DNA of 64,000 bases from the human T2T-CHM13v2.0 reference genome, Homo sapiens (GCF_009914755.1 NC_060928.1); one strand, 5' to 3'; positions 1 to 14,187 are shown, numbered from the stretch's first letter. Translations and numbers: made by a program. The notes: a model not told the origin generated them from the sequence alone.

Positions 1-117
1 AGAAATGGGGTTCCACCATGTTGGCCAGTCTAGTCTTGACCTTCTGACCTCAGGTGATCCTCCAGCCTCGGCCTTCCACAATGCTGGGATTACAGGCCTG
101 AGCCACCATTACCGGCC
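1..117 (-). mobile_element. Alu (S-type), left-arm part, cut by window edge
   Basis: Reverse-complement Alu motifs: ccatgttggccag, ctgacctcaggtgatcc, gctgggattacaggc, ending ccggcc. Confidence 0.95.
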
Positions 118-469
118 TCTTTTTTTTTTTTATTCTTTTGCATTTTCAATGATCTTATCTGGTCTAGAGGTTTCATATACTGATATCTTTCTAGTTTATT
201 TCTGAACCCCTGAACTGTACCCTGAGTTTCAGAGGCACAAATTATTACACTATTATTTTAAGATATCATTGTATTATACTTAAAACAGGTTTTATTTAGG
301 GATTTTTAAAACTTTATATTTTTATGTTGACTGCATTTCTCCATGCTAACATTTTTCATGCAAAACATTTAGCATGTGTTGTATTCAGAATATATTAATT
401 TAATAAAACAAGTTGATTTATTCTTCTCTTTTTTTCTGTGCTCTGTAACAATGTAAGTAGTGTGGGATT

Positions 470-793
<324 letters not shown>

Positions 794-899
794 TCAAGGT
801 GGACTGATATAAAAGATAAATATCATTTCAGGTAAGAGTTTCACTTGGCCTGAACATTGGCATAGGTCAGATAGGGAGAGTTCTAATTTCAAAAATAAT

Positions 900-1125
900 A
901 AATTCATAGCATTTAATAGAGTAACTGTGTGCCAGGCACTGCTCTACATGCTTTATCTATATTATCCCATTTTGCCCAATTCTGTGAGGACTATCATTAT
1001 TTTTACCATTTCCTAGATGAGCAGAAATAGGCACAGCCATTTAGGTCATGTGTCCCAGATCATGTAATTAATAAATAGAAGATCTAGGATTTGAATCCAA
1101 TTAAGTCACCCCAGAGACCCAAGTT
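900..1125 (-). mobile_element. MIR SINE
   Basis: tgtgccaggcactgctctacatgcttta...ccatttcctagatgag...ggatttgaatcc resembles the MIR core in reverse orientation. Confidence 0.8.
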
Positions 1126-2309
1126 TTATGACTATTAATTACAGCTTCCCAATATGTGTAGGCAGGAGAAGAGAATGTGCAAACAATAGGTACAGGAGTA
1201 AGGATTGTTCAATTATTCATAAATATTAATGGAACGTTTTTGCTGTGCCAGCACAAAAAGTCTAGACTTGTAAGCCTGTGCTTCTGGGAAGATGGTGGAA
1301 CAAATCATGAGAACATGTGATTTGGTATTAATTGAAGATGCATTACATTTTCATTCATGGTTCTTGGGCTATTCAGGAGGAGATATCCATCGAATTGTTA
1401 GGTGGACTATTGTGCTTTCAGGAAAGAAGTACATCCAGAGGATGTAGAGGATAGAGAAAAGTATCATCATATGAACATATAGTTGAAGTTGTGGACACAG
1501 ATGAATTTCCAGTGAGAAAAATGTTTAGGCTTATGTGAAAAATGAAACCAAAGCAGCATTCCTAGCAAACAGAGACATGTAAAGAGAACTGCAGTAATAG
1601 TAACCCATTAGGCTGAACATTATAAAGTTAGACTGAAATACGTTGATAAATAAGACACAGAAACAAATAATAAGGTAATAAAAGCACCATTTTGTCTGGG
1701 AGTAGCATTCTAAGATTACAACTAAAATTACACATTAGATATGGCAAATAGCAAAGATATCCTGGGTGATCTTGGCAAAATAATTTCAAAGGTATTGCTT
1801 TAGAAAGCTGAAGAATCACTTAATTAGTGTAAGAAAATAAATGACACTGAGGATGAGAAGCTGTTATAAAAATTATTTCCAGAATCTTTTCCTAAAGAAA
1901 AAAATAACAAGTCGGTGAAAAGGCTAGAGGGGGCTATGCACCAGAGATAAGGTTTTGGGTTTGATTATGTCTGAGTTTTTTTTTTTAAAGAAGAAAAATA
2001 TTGAGGGTGGGGTTTGCCAGCTGAATTTATGAGCAGGAGCCAATGGTATTTTAAGAATCTGCTTTTAATGTCATTTTATTCCTCCTTTTGAATGATACAT
2101 TATTATTTGCATATTTCTCAGATGCATATTATGCTGGGTTGGTTTTTAATTGCCCCCAATCCATTTACAACCCATCACACATGCAGAGACATAGACATCT
2201 ACTTGTGTGCACACACAGCACAAAAACAAAAAAACCAAACAAGCAAGAAACTATCACACACGATTTCACATATGAATCTATATGCCAATACTAAAATGAT
2301 TACTAGGTT

Positions 2310-2830
2310 GATTGATCATTATTCAATATATATTCATGAAGTTCCTAGAGTGTCTCTTGGAGGTGACAAGAAGAAAGTTGTGGGCAAGAAACACAAATCT
2401 CTACTCTCTTACCTTTACATTCTATTTGGAGAACAGAGAATAAAGAAATAAATAGGTAAAGTTAAATAGAATAATAAGTAGTTACAGGAGCCATGAAGAA
2501 AATTTAGCAAGGTCAACAGGATACAGAGTAATGAGAAGGGAAGCTACTTTTATGAGGGTTAAGAGTAGGTGACCATAAGCATGGGACTGACTGTCCTAAG
2601 CAAAGGGTCACCAAGGGCAAGGCACAGAGGGGCTTTGGGAAAAGGACAGGATGAGTGTGACCTGAGAGTGTGAGAATCCTGAGGATCTATGATCAAGGAA
2701 GTTAGATGGTTAGCTAGGGACCACTCTGCAAATTCTCACAGCCAATGGTAAGGAATTTATTTTATTCTAGTTGCAATCAAATATAAAAAGAGTGCAAATC
2801 AGAGGAGAGCCGTGATAATTACATACTGTA
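2310..2830 (-). mobile_element. L2 3' fragment
   Basis: Degenerate L2 3' pattern (cattattcaatatatattc; tttacattctatttggag; purine-rich body). Confidence 0.55.
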
Positions 2831-3426
2831 TTTGATTTTTGGATGCTATAGATGTATATTAGACATTTGAATGTATAATAGGTATAGTTTTGCATTCTCG
2901 TAAATGAGAATGTTAATAAGAAGTATTATCAGAACAACTAATAATTTAAAACCTGATTTATTTTTTTGTTATCTTATGGAAATTGAAAGAGTTGCATTAA
3001 TTTGGGTAGAATTAGGGAGCTTTTCTACTTCATATGTTTACCACGTTGTTTTCACATCAGTCATTTAAATCATCCATGTATGAGATTGAGGTCAACTCCT
3101 AACAAAATTAGAGTCATCCACAGCACAACCCGAGCTCAGACAATTCTTTCAATGTTATCATTGAAAATGTTTTTTAAAGGATATTCAAAGAACTAGAGTT
3201 ATTTTGCTATTTTTCTCTTAATTTTCATAAGACTCTGTAATAATTGAAGAATAGCTCAGAACTTAGAAAAAATGTAAGATAATACTGGATTTAACAAGGT
3301 GAAAGTCTCTTTAGAGACTCCAAAATCTTGAAAAGGGTTTCCTTAGTTTTTGCTTTTATTGTAACTACATTTGGTGCAGAATTGCCCAGTAGTGGCATCT
3401 TACATCACTATAAAAATCCTATTCTT

Positions 3427-3725
3427 GGCCAGGCACGGTGGCTCATGCCTGTAATCCCACCACTTTGGGAGGCCGAGGCGGGAAGATCACAAGGTCAGGA
3501 GATCGAGACCATCCTGGCTAACACGGTGAAACCCCATCTTTACCAAAAATACAAAAATTAGCCAGGCGCGGTGGCAGGCGCCTGTAATCCCAGCTACTCG
3601 GGAGGCTGAGGCAGGAGAATCGCTTGTACCCAGGGGGGCAGAGGTTGCAGCGAGCTGAGATCGCGGTACTGCACTCCAGCCTGGGTGACAGAGTCAGACT
3701 CTGTCTGAAAAAAAAAAAAAAAAAA
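3427..3725 (+). mobile_element. Full-length Alu, AluSc8/Y-like, with TSD
   Basis: gatcgagaccatcctggctaacacggtg in left arm; flanked by aaaaatcctatt on both sides. Confidence 0.95.
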
Positions 3726-5116
3726 TCCTATTTTTTTTTGCTGCTTGTGACTAATACTCTTTGAAAAACATTTTAAGATACACAGTGTGTGAGTTGCTAT
3801 ATAAAAATAAACGACATTGCATTATGGGCACTTTTGCTTTTGATGTATTATACAGCGCTTCCAAGATGTTCTAATGAATAGCAGATGAGGTGTGTCTCAT
3901 AACAAAGAGGTTAGTGTATATTCTCTCCTTGAACTCTATTTTCAACCTCCATTAATCCTAATGTGAGTTATGTCTTCTATGTGGGCTTTAAATATATCAA
4001 CCACTGTAAAAATTACATGCAATGAAAATCAGCATTTGATGATGAAAATATTTTGTATAATACAAGAGATAAGCAATGGGAACGGACTCCTGAAGTTATT
4101 ATTATATGCCAAAATCTAGTTTTTTCTTTCTTGTTTTGAGCAACACTTTCCTTTAAACCCCTTGTTAGAAGATTAACATAAAGATTTTTTTTGTGATGGC
4201 TCTAAAAAGCTGAAGTTATAATTGAATTATTTTCTTTAAAATGGTTGACATGACGTTAATAATTTATCCTTCTCTCTCATTCATCTCCAATATACCACAC
4301 AGGTAAATGGCTTTGAACAGGTTTGGGACTTAACAGACACTGTAGTCCAGTTTAACTTATCAGAAAGATGTAATTAAATTTTTTTTTACTAAAATTATCT
4401 GATATGCTTTTCTTGTCATAGACAGATTCTTAGTGACAGGATGTGGAAATGCCTGCTTGCGCCAATTTATTTTCTCCCCTAGTTTGCTGTATTACCTGAA
4501 ATTCTCTTCATTAAAATCTCTTTTTTGATCAAAGCATTGTGCCTCTAGATGGCTCCTTTAAAGTAAGGTTAATGCAAAATCTCAATTCATTATTTAATCT
4601 GTTACATGATATCAAATACCAAAAGTGAGAAGCAGAAATTTAGACACACCTCCAAGGCAATGAAACTCATAAAAAAATACTTTGTGATAAGAAAAAGGGA
4701 AAAGATGGATTATGAAGGTGAAAGCAGGACAAGGTAGGTAAGAAGTAAGGGTGTGGGAAGGGATAGACCCACATATGACATTGCAATAACATTCTTAGAC
4801 AGCAAAGGATTAATTTTTTTTTTTATATTTTCTATTCAGGTAAGCATAGTTACTCTGAGGATGTAAGGCATTTGGTGTATGTGCAGGTATTGTGTATGTG
4901 TGGGTGACAAACTTTGCCCATCCTGTAACATTTCTTCCTTTTCCATCTGAAGAAATGATGTTTGCTTATGCAAGTATTTGTCCTTTGCCCCAAATAGAAG
5001 ACAATGAACTATTATATTTAGAAAAATACAGTGGAATTACCATAGCCAAGTCTTCAAAATGAGGTTGTGGACCCTTAAGCACACATGAAATCTTGGGGAC
5101 AAAGATTATGTTAGGA

Positions 5117-5329
5117 CAGGGCTTTTTGATCTCAGTCCTGTTGACATTTTGGGCCGGATTATTCTTTGTTGTAGGTGACTGTCTTGTGTGTTGGAAATGT
5201 AGCAACACGCTGCTCTCACCAGACAGCAGTAGCACCCCCATCCAAGCCCCAACACCCAGAATTGCCTCCCTATGATCCCACCCATCCCCTGGAAGGGAGA
5301 CAAAATTGTTCCTCTTCTAGAATCAGTAG
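5117..5329 (-). mobile_element. MER20 (hAT-Charlie DNA transposon)
   Basis: ttgacattttgggccggattattctttgttgt...cagtagcacccc matches the reverse complement of the MER20 consensus as recalled. Confidence 0.85.
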
Positions 5330-5605
5330 TTTAGAAAAATCAACTTCTAGATGTTTCACCTCTACATGAAGTGTTTCTTTCAACAGATATGTCCGAGAAA
5401 GTGGGGTGTGAATAAAGTATCCTTTAATAAGGCAACACAAACATATAGCTGAGCTTCGTGACTCAAGCACATTTCTGATAATTTTGAAGTTTGATGTTAG
5501 AAATGGTGTTTTAATCTGTGTTGAGATGTTCTGAACTGCAAAATGAGTGACATGAATAATGGCAGTTTTCATTACACAAATGTACATTTTCATTTGGCCA
5601 TTCTA

Positions 5606-5826
5606 AGGAGAAAAAGAAGGAAGGAAAGAAGGAAGGAAGAAAGAGAAGGAACGAAGAAAGTAAAGAAGGAAGGAAGGAAGGGAGGAAGGGAAGGGAGGGA
5701 GGGAGGAAGGAAGGAAGGAAAGAAGGAAGGGAGGGAGGAAGGGAAGGGAGGGAGGGAGGAAGGAAGGAAGGAAAGAAGGAAGGGAGGGAGGGAGGGAAGG
5801 GAAGGAGGGAGGAAGGAAGGAAGGAT
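5606..5826 (+). repeat. Polypurine (GGAA/GGGA)n low-complexity tract
   Basis: About 220 bp that is almost entirely G/A, built from ggaa/ggga units. Confidence 0.97.
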
Positions 5827-6850
5827 GGGGCATTGCTCTTCTGGAAAACAAACAAACAAAAAATCCAGAAAGACTGATGTTAAATCTATTGAAGGCAGTG
5901 ACACATTGTTTTATTGATAAAATAAAATAAGTATGTGTAAGTCATAACAAATCTATCTAGTCATCTTTAAATTATACATTAGATGTGATTTTTTTTAAAA
6001 TTACAATGGGATAACCTTTTTTAAAAATTATTTTAGGTGATCTTAAAGCAAAAGTTAAGGACTGTTGGATTAGCTATTTTGGATCTTGTCAGCAATTCCA
6101 TCTCTTTAGAATATACACAAAAACACACAGGATTAAAAAAATTATTTTGTAGTCAATTTAGATGAAACAAGAAATTTCAGTGCTTTAATTTGATTGTATT
6201 TATTTTTGTATGCCTTATCTACAGGAAATTTCCTTACTCCAAGTTTACTTACTAGTAGAGTACACGAAATACTTACTAGTTGATATAGCATCTGTCTGAG
6301 CCTGAAAACTATTGTCAGAGTTGATCCAGTAAAATGTCTTAAATTTAAATGTAAGATTTAGAAATGGGTAAGCAATAATTATTTTTTGTGGGTCAATTTC
6401 TCAAGCATCTTTCTAAAAACGTTGAAAGGTATAAACAATTGTTTTCTGACATGCTCAACAACAGTTGGAAACTGCTTTTACAGTGTTGCAAAACTTTGAT
6501 GTATTATATTTCCCAAATTTACCAAGAACAAGATCTTATTAATCAGACTTGATTTTGAATAGCTTTGCTACATTTTAAAAGAATGTTTTCTTCTGAGCCA
6601 TCAACATTTTCAATAAGTAAACTTGTATTTTATTTTTGGATCTTCTAATAAACCATAAGGAAAAGCAAGGAGAACGAGATTCTTCTAAAATTGTGGATTT
6701 ACAGAATGGTTATCTTTAGGCATGTTTTTGATTGACCACGACTATCATTTAGTTAACTGTAATGTAAAGAAGAAAAATAGCATAGGATTTGATAAGTCAG
6801 TATGATTATAAGAATTCAGAATTAAGTGAAGATTCTGTATCAGTCTCTAG

Positions 6851-7168
<318 letters not shown>

Positions 7169-8557
7169 AGCAGTCTCTAGTTCTTTAAAATTTAATGTTT
7201 CTTTTGCATATGTGACTTTTTCAAGACATATAATGCCATTGTCCTCTGAAGCTGGTGAAAGGAAAGCCTTCTTTTTGGATAATATTTAGAAAGGCATGTG
7301 TCAACCTACTCTCCTGACAGTCAGATTTGCTTTCATCAAACATCAATGCTTGGTTTGAATATGTTCCTGAAAATAAATAGTATTGTGTTGGAAACTCTGT
7401 TACTAGATATCATTTTCAAATAAAGGTTATTCTTTTTCTAAAGAAAGAATATATACTGCTGAACATAAATTCACACATAACAGTTATGAATTAGGATACC
7501 TTGAAAAATGAAAATGAGGAATTTAATTCTGAATTTTATCACAAAAATAAGAGTTAGTATTGAGCTTTGCAAAAGGACCGTTTTAGCACACATTGACATA
7601 TGACTTACCTCTTCTGACTAATGTTAGAATTCGTTCATCCCTTAAAATACTGCTTTCTGCTAATTGGGCAAAAAAGTTTGTAATAATTGAATGTAACATT
7701 TTTAAGGGACCCTACATACCTAGAGTCCCAAAGATATTACAGTTTATCATAAATCCTGATCTTGAAGTTGTAATCATTTGAATTTCTGTGTGTATGTATT
7801 CAATCTTAAGCTCTCAAAAGTAGCTTTGTCACGACAAACTGTTACTAGATCACATACTGTGTTTTCTCGGCTGAAATGATTACTCTATGTGAAATCAGGC
7901 TTTGACAGTTGTATTCCTTTTTGTTCTGTCAAGAGGAATGCTTTCTCATTTATTGAAGAAGAAAATAATATTCTCTAATTCCTGAAAGGAATTGTGTTTC
8001 CTAGAACTTGATTATTAATCATAATTTTAGAATTTTCTAGCACCTGCAGCTGAATAATTTTCACTGCTACCCCACTGTGAATGGAAAATAGACATTTCTG
8101 AATAATAATCTATGTTACATCCTAATGTTAGTTCCCAACTTATATTGGTTCAAATTAGAACTTTTCTACTTGACAAATGGGAAGAAAGCAATACACATTC
8201 AGTATGCTTCTCAATTTACCACGCGGTTATGTCTGAATAAACCTATGTGTCAAAAACACACTTTTGACTTGTTATTTTCAACAGAGAATGAGTTTATTGG
8301 GGCACAACCCCATAGTAAGTCAAGGAGCACCTGTGTAGTGTCACAACTCGCACATTTCTTAGTGACTGAAAGCACTGACCTTTTGGGGACTGCAAATTGT
8401 CCAATTTGAGCTTTTGGTCCTGGAATTATGATGAATTTAATGATGAATCTGACGTATATTTGTGCTCAAGGAGCTTTCAATCTGGTTAGTATATCAAAAG
8501 GATCAATATCAGGGCCCAGAACTTGCTTAAAGGTTTTAAGAATTCTGAAAAATACAA

Positions 8558-8558
<1 letters not shown>

Positions 8559-8600
<42 letters not shown>
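8559..8600 (+). repeat. (CA)n microsatellite
   Basis: Directly visible. Confidence 0.97.
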
Positions 8601-8602
<2 letters not shown>

Positions 8603-10167
8603 TACTTTTAGCTTATTATAGAAAAGAAGAATTGCGTGGGGAAAAAAAAACCGTCATACATTGTGGAGGAATCTGAATTCAAACTGAATTTAGAAGTGAA
8701 TAGAGTAGTTCATCATGGAAGAAAGTAAAAGGGGTAAGTTCTGCAACAAGCAACAGCATGAACAAAAAAAAAAAAGGAAATTACTATCATATACATCAAA
8801 GAATAAATAGGTCAAGAAAAGTTTATAAAATATATATTACGACAATAATACTCTATGGGTACAGTTATAACTGTCAAAAAATACATAATAATGTGTATTG
8901 CCTAATTGAGCACAACTTTATATCTGTTTGTTTCCCATGTATTAAAAAATCATGTTTTATTGATAATTGTTGGGTTGTGCCATATGAGAAAGATCATTAG
9001 ATATCAGATTAAATTTATGTATTAATATGCAGAAATCTTCATGTGGCATAAAAAATTTAACACACGAAAGCATACAGCAGCTTACCATTGTACTGCAAAT
9101 TGTCTCCTGTTCAAGGGCCTATTTCTTACGTGTTAGACAATACAGTGCAGTAAAGCTATATTCCTTTAAGAACATAAAAAAAGGTCAGGATTATAATGAT
9201 TTCATCAATTTTCAAAGATCCTAATGAGTTTGTATTAAAAATTTCTCTGCTTTTTCAATAACATATAAAAAGTCTTGGACAATTTAGTCTTTCTCTTGCT
9301 GTCTTAGCATGTAGCTGCCAGCCACAGTATTTTATAAATAAAACATTTCAATAAATACTCCATAAAAAAGGCATTTCCTCATGAATATGTGCATTCAGGC
9401 TGGAATCTTGTTTTAATAACTATTCATTGTTGAAAGTCACTTACTCTTACAATGCAATTGTTGACATAAAGTAGATATAATTTCTGTCTTATCTTGGGTA
9501 TGTAAGTAACACATACATTCTCCTTTTACAGTAACTTTCTGTAAGGTCTATCAGTCCTAAGAAATTGATAAAACATGTGAAAGATGTTATATTATTTGTA
9601 ATGAGAGCTCTGAGCAGTGACATTTTTCTTTTCTGATAGTTCTGTTCACTAATTTGATTTTTCAGATTAACTGCCAAATAACTCCCACATAAATAAATCA
9701 TTCTGTAATGACCTTGAATGTCCATTGAGATGAGACATATTTTTATTATTATGAATATTTATGTACAAGATCATATGTTTATATTTCAACATGGCCTAAA
9801 TTTAGATACTTCAAAAAAACCAAAAAGGGAATAATAATCCCAAGATTAAAATATTAAATCTGATGAAGTTAATCTTTTTACATTTTATATATGCAGAGTA
9901 TTTTGAACCCTTGAAAACTAACTATATCATGCTATCTGGCATGGGTTTCCATTTCAATTTATATTTTTAAATATTGATGTGGAACTCAGTGGAGAAATAG
10001 AACTCTATTCCTGAAATATAATATCATTATTCTACATAAAAGAGATTGGTAATCATATGGATATATAAGTATATATGTATATACTCTTTTGACTTCTATT
10101 AAATAAATTTGCTAAGTGGCAAATAGCATATATCTATGACTTCACTTATTTTTTTTTTCATCTTGGT

Positions 10168-10222
10168 TATATATGTGTATGTGTATGTGTATATATGTGT
10201 GTGTATGTGTATATATATATGC

Positions 10223-10263
<41 letters not shown>
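10168..10263 (+). repeat. Compound (TA)/(TG)n microsatellite
   Basis: Directly visible; lies between two copies of a ~70-bp duplication. Confidence 0.95.
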
Positions 10264-10959
10264 CTCTTTTTGACTCCATTAAATAAAGCTGCTAAGTGGC
10301 AAATGGCATGTATCTATGACTTCACTTTTTTTGGTTCTATCTTTCAAATGTAAATATGCAGTCCAAAGTTCATATTTTTTTTGCTTATTTTTATGAAACT
10401 TTAGACTCCTAGAGGACAAAAACCATGGGTTTTATCCTTATACTAAAAGTCCTATCATAATACTTGCAAAATGGAAGTACTAAATTAATGAGTTGTTTAA
10501 ATAATTTACATCAGATAATAGTCAAGAGCAAAATGCAATATTGCAACAAAATACTACATATTTCTAAATATGCAATTTACCAGATAGGGTATACACATTA
10601 TTAAATTAAATATTTTAAAATATTTACATAGATAATTATATAGACACATATACATATATATGTCACAAGAAAATATTGACAAATAAATAGATATTACTTG
10701 AATTGTAAAATAGTTTAGTAATTGATATAACAAGACTTTTTAACAAAGTATGAATATAGATATTTTGAATTGCGCAGTTGTCATATCAGATCGTTTAATC
10801 AATTGTAGAACTCATTATTTAATAATTAGAGAACACCTATGCTTTTAAAGTTCTGGAACACATATATTTTATCAAATACCAGACTCCAGTGAGGCATCAG
10901 AAAACTATTACAATTTTCAAATCAAATAATTTGATATAAACACAATAATATTAAATAGC

Positions 10960-11310
10960 ATTGAAAAAAATTTACCCTAAATGTAATGGAGAAAATATTT
11001 GAAGAAATAATGAAGATAAAATTACCATAAATAAGGGTGAAAGAGCTAACATTGAAAGGGCACATGATATGCCAAAGAGATCAGTAAAGACTTAGATCTA
11101 GCTATAAGTGATGTTTAAATATATACGAAAGAAGGGTAAAATAATTTTTAAATAAAAATTTCCCAGGCATACAAAATATCATTTGAAAAAAAAAAAAAAA
11201 AACAACAGATCTTCATCAGGGTTTTTCTTTTAACCACACTATGAGATATAAGAAGATCATTGGGTGGCATTTGTTAAGTATTAAAGAAATGGTACTTAGA
11301 ATTTAGAATC
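10960..11310 (+). mobile_element. Old L1M ORF1-region fragment
   Basis: aaaatatttgaagaaataatg...attgaaagggcacatg pattern typical of ancient L1 ORF1. Confidence 0.5.
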
Positions 11311-11314
11311 TTCC

Positions 11315-11604
11315 TTTTTTGAGACGGAGTTTCACTCTTATTGCCTAAGCTGGAGTGCAATAGCGTGATCTCAGCTCACTGCAACCCCGCCTACTGGGTT
11401 CTAGTGATTCTCCTGCCTCAGTCTCCCGAGTAGCTGGGATTACAGGCGCGTGCCACCACGCCTGGCTAACTTTTTTGTGTTTTTAGTAGAGATTGGGTTT
11501 CACCATATTGGCTAGGCTGGTCTCGAACTCCTGACCTCAGGTGATGCACCAGCCTCGGAATCCCAAACTACTGGGATTATAGGCATGAGCCACCGTGCCT
11601 GGCC
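11315..11604 (-). mobile_element. Full-length Alu, AluSp/Sq-like, with TSD
   Basis: gagtttcactcttattgcc...gtgcaat diagnostic; tagaatcttc on both sides. Confidence 0.95.
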
Positions 11605-11663
11605 CTAGAATCTTCTGTTTAGCCATAAAATCAAATCCAATAGTATTTTGGGAGAGGGGGTGA

Positions 11664-11913
11664 TGTCAACCAGGCTGAAGTGCAGTGGTGAGATCATGGC
11701 TCACAGCAGCCTCAGGGTTCAAGCAATCCTCCTACCTTAGCCCCTGGAGTAACTAGGAATACAGGTACAGCCACCATGCTCAGCTGATATTAAATTTTTT
11801 TTGTAGAGACAGGGTCTCACTATGTTGCCTAGGCTGTTTTCAAACTTCTGGAGATCCTCCTGCCTTGGCCTCTCAAAGTTGTGGGATTACAGGCATGAGC
11901 CAGGAGCCTGGCT
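11664..11913 (-). mobile_element. AluJ-like, degenerate
   Basis: atcatggctcacagcagcctc; tttgtagagacagggtctcactatgttgcc. Confidence 0.9.
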
Positions 11914-12121
11914 CAATAATATTTAAAAGGGTAAAGAATCTGTTAAGATAGCAGAGTAGGAAGCACCAGTAAACTATTTCCCTACTAGAGAACAATCTCA
12001 CTGGTGGTATCTAACCAATGTAACTATTGTGCAGCCCTAGAGTGTGCTGAATGCTTGCAAAAGAAGACTTGGATCACAAATGATGATTTAAGTTTGGTCA
12101 TTTCAACCCTGAGCAGAGCAG

Positions 12122-13559
12122 TGAGAAGTGACAGCGTGCTGGCAAGCCCTCGCAGCCCTTTCTTGCTCTGGGCACCTCCTCTGCCTGGGCTCCCACTTTG
12201 GCGGCACTTGAGGAGCCCTTCAGCCCACTGCTGCACTGTGGGAGCCCCTTTCTGGGCGGCCAAGGTCAGAGCCAGCTCCCTCAGTTTGCAAGGAAGTGTG
12301 GAGGGAGAGGCGCGAGCGGGAACCGGGGCTGCGCGCGGAGCTTGCCGGCCAGCTGGAGTTCCCGGTGGGAATGGGCTTGGTGGGCGCCGCACTGGGAGTG
12401 GCTGGCCGGCCCTGCTGGCCCCAGGCAATGAGGGGCTTAGCACCTGGGCCAGCGGCTGTGGAGGGTGTGCTGGGTCCCCCAGTGGTGCCGGCCCACAGGC
12501 ACTGCGCTCGATTTCTCACCGGGCCTTAGCTGTCTCCCTGCGGTGCAGGGCTTGGGACCTGCAGCCTGCCATGCCTGAGCTTACCCCACTCCATGGGCTC
12601 CTGTGCGGCCGGAGCCTCCCCGACGAGCACCGCCCCCTGCTCCCCGGCGCTCAGTCCCATCGACCACCCAAAGGCTGAGGAGCACAGGCACAAGGCGGAA
12701 CTGGCAGGCAGCTCCACCTGCAGCCCAGGTGTGGGATCCACTGGGTGAAGCCAGCGGGGCTCCTGAGTCTGGTGGGGACTTGGAGCACCTTTATGTCTAG
12801 CTAGGGGATTGTAAATGCACCAATCAGCACTCTGTATCTAGCTCAAGGTTTGTAAACACACCAATCAGCACCCTGTGTCTAGCTCAGGGTTTGTGAACAC
12901 ACCAATGGACACTCTGTATCTAGCTACTCTGGTGGGGACTTGGAGAACCTTTGTGTCCCCACTCTGTATCTAGCTAATCTGGTGGGGACGTGAAGAACCT
13001 TTGTGTCTAGCTCAGGGATTGTAAAGGCACCAGTCAGCACCCTGTCAAAACAGACCACTTTGCTCTCTGTAAAATGAACCAATCAGCAGGATGTGGGTGG
13101 GGCCAGATAAGAGAATAAAAGCAGGCTGCCCAAGCCAGCAGTGGCAACCCCCTGGGGTCCCCTTCCACACTGTGGAAGCTTTGTTCTTTTGCTCTTTGCA
13201 ATAAATCTTGCTGCTGCTCACTCTTTGGGTCCACACTGCCTTTATGAGCTGTAACACTCACCGTGAACATCTGCAGCTTCACTCCTGAAGCCATCGAGAC
13301 CACGAACCCACCGAGAGAAACGAACAACTCCAGATGCGCTGCCCTAAGAGCTGTAACACTCACCGCGAAGGTCTGCAGCTTCACTCCTGAGCCAGCGAGA
13401 CCAGGAACCCACCACAAGGAAGAAACTCTGAACATATCTGAACGTCAGAAGGAACAAACTCCGGACACGCTGCCTTTAAGAAGTGTAACACTCACCGCGA
13501 GGGTCCGCGGCTTCATTCATGAAGTCAGTGAGACCAAGAACCCACCAATTCCGGACACA
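12122..13559 (+). mobile_element. Solo LTR12 (LTR12C-like; ERV9/HERV9 LTR)
   Basis: tgagaagtgacagcgtgctggc start, ccaattccggacaca end, GC-rich U3, ~40-bp caccaatcagcac...tctagct repeats, U5 gctgtaacactcaccg repeats. Confidence 0.97.
12770..13145 (+). promoter_or_regulatory. LTR12 U3 enhancer repeats and core promoter
   Basis: Several CCAAT (NF-Y) boxes; proximal CCAAT 13079, GGGTGG 13095, AGATAA 13105, AATAAA TATA-like box 13114, matching the ERV9 LTR promoter architecture. Activity not shown. Confidence 0.75.
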
Positions 13560-13910
13560 GTATCAGCTACATACCTTCTCCCATCTCAGCCTTGAGGCAG
13601 GCAACTGTAAATGTATTCCTGGAGCAGCTTGCACGTAACTCCTGGGAGCATGGGTGGACCAAACAGACTCTCCCTTCTCAATACGAGGGGTCATTACTGA
13701 TTGCTGCTTCTGATGAGAGAGGTACAGACAAAGAGGCAAAAGCCATTGTTGCACCTCCCCTATTATTACAAGCCTGTCCCCCTCTAGCTGAAGTGACTTC
13801 CAGGGAATTTAAAGGGCTGGTGCTTCTTTATTGTCCTGTTTCGTTTTTCTCTTTTTCCTCTTTCAAGGGCCAGGCATTGAAGATTATGACATTTAAAAAG
13901 TATCACATAG

Positions 13911-14143
13911 GGCCATGTGCAGTGGTTCATGCCTGTTATCCCGGCACTTTGGAAGGCCAAGGCGGGCAGATCACCTGAGGTCAGGAGTTCGAGACCAGCC
14001 TGGCCAACATGGTGAAACCCTGACTCTACTAACAATACAAAAAGCAGACGTGGTGGCGTGGCGGAGGTTGCAGTGAGCCGAGATTGCGCCACTGCACTCC
14101 AGCCTGGGCGACAGAGCAAGACTCCATCTTAAAAAAAAAAAAA
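13911..14143 (+). mobile_element. AluS with internal right-arm deletion, TSD
   Basis: aaaaagtatcacata on both sides; cgtggtggcg joined to tggcggaggttgcag. Confidence 0.93.
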
Positions 14144-14187
14144 AGTATCACATATATATATTTGTCCAGTTTAAGTCATCTTGGTCT

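Noticed and set aside
4290-4850. Splice-donor-like CAGGTAA motifs (~4300, ~4837)
   Set aside because: No supportable exon pairing or reading frame; such motifs are common by chance
5511-5917. ORFs rich in K/E/G/R or P/S/F/L
   Set aside because: Translations of the GGAA/GGGA simple repeat
12004-12800. 224-aa ORF and overlapping GC-rich ORFs (also 16604-17228)
   Set aside because: They lie in the GC-rich LTR12 U3, where stop codons are rare in all frames; no recognisable domain
12770-13050. ~40-bp periodic repeats resembling a CRISPR array
   Set aside because: These are the known LTR12 U3 enhancer repeats; no unique spacers, no cas genes, eukaryotic context
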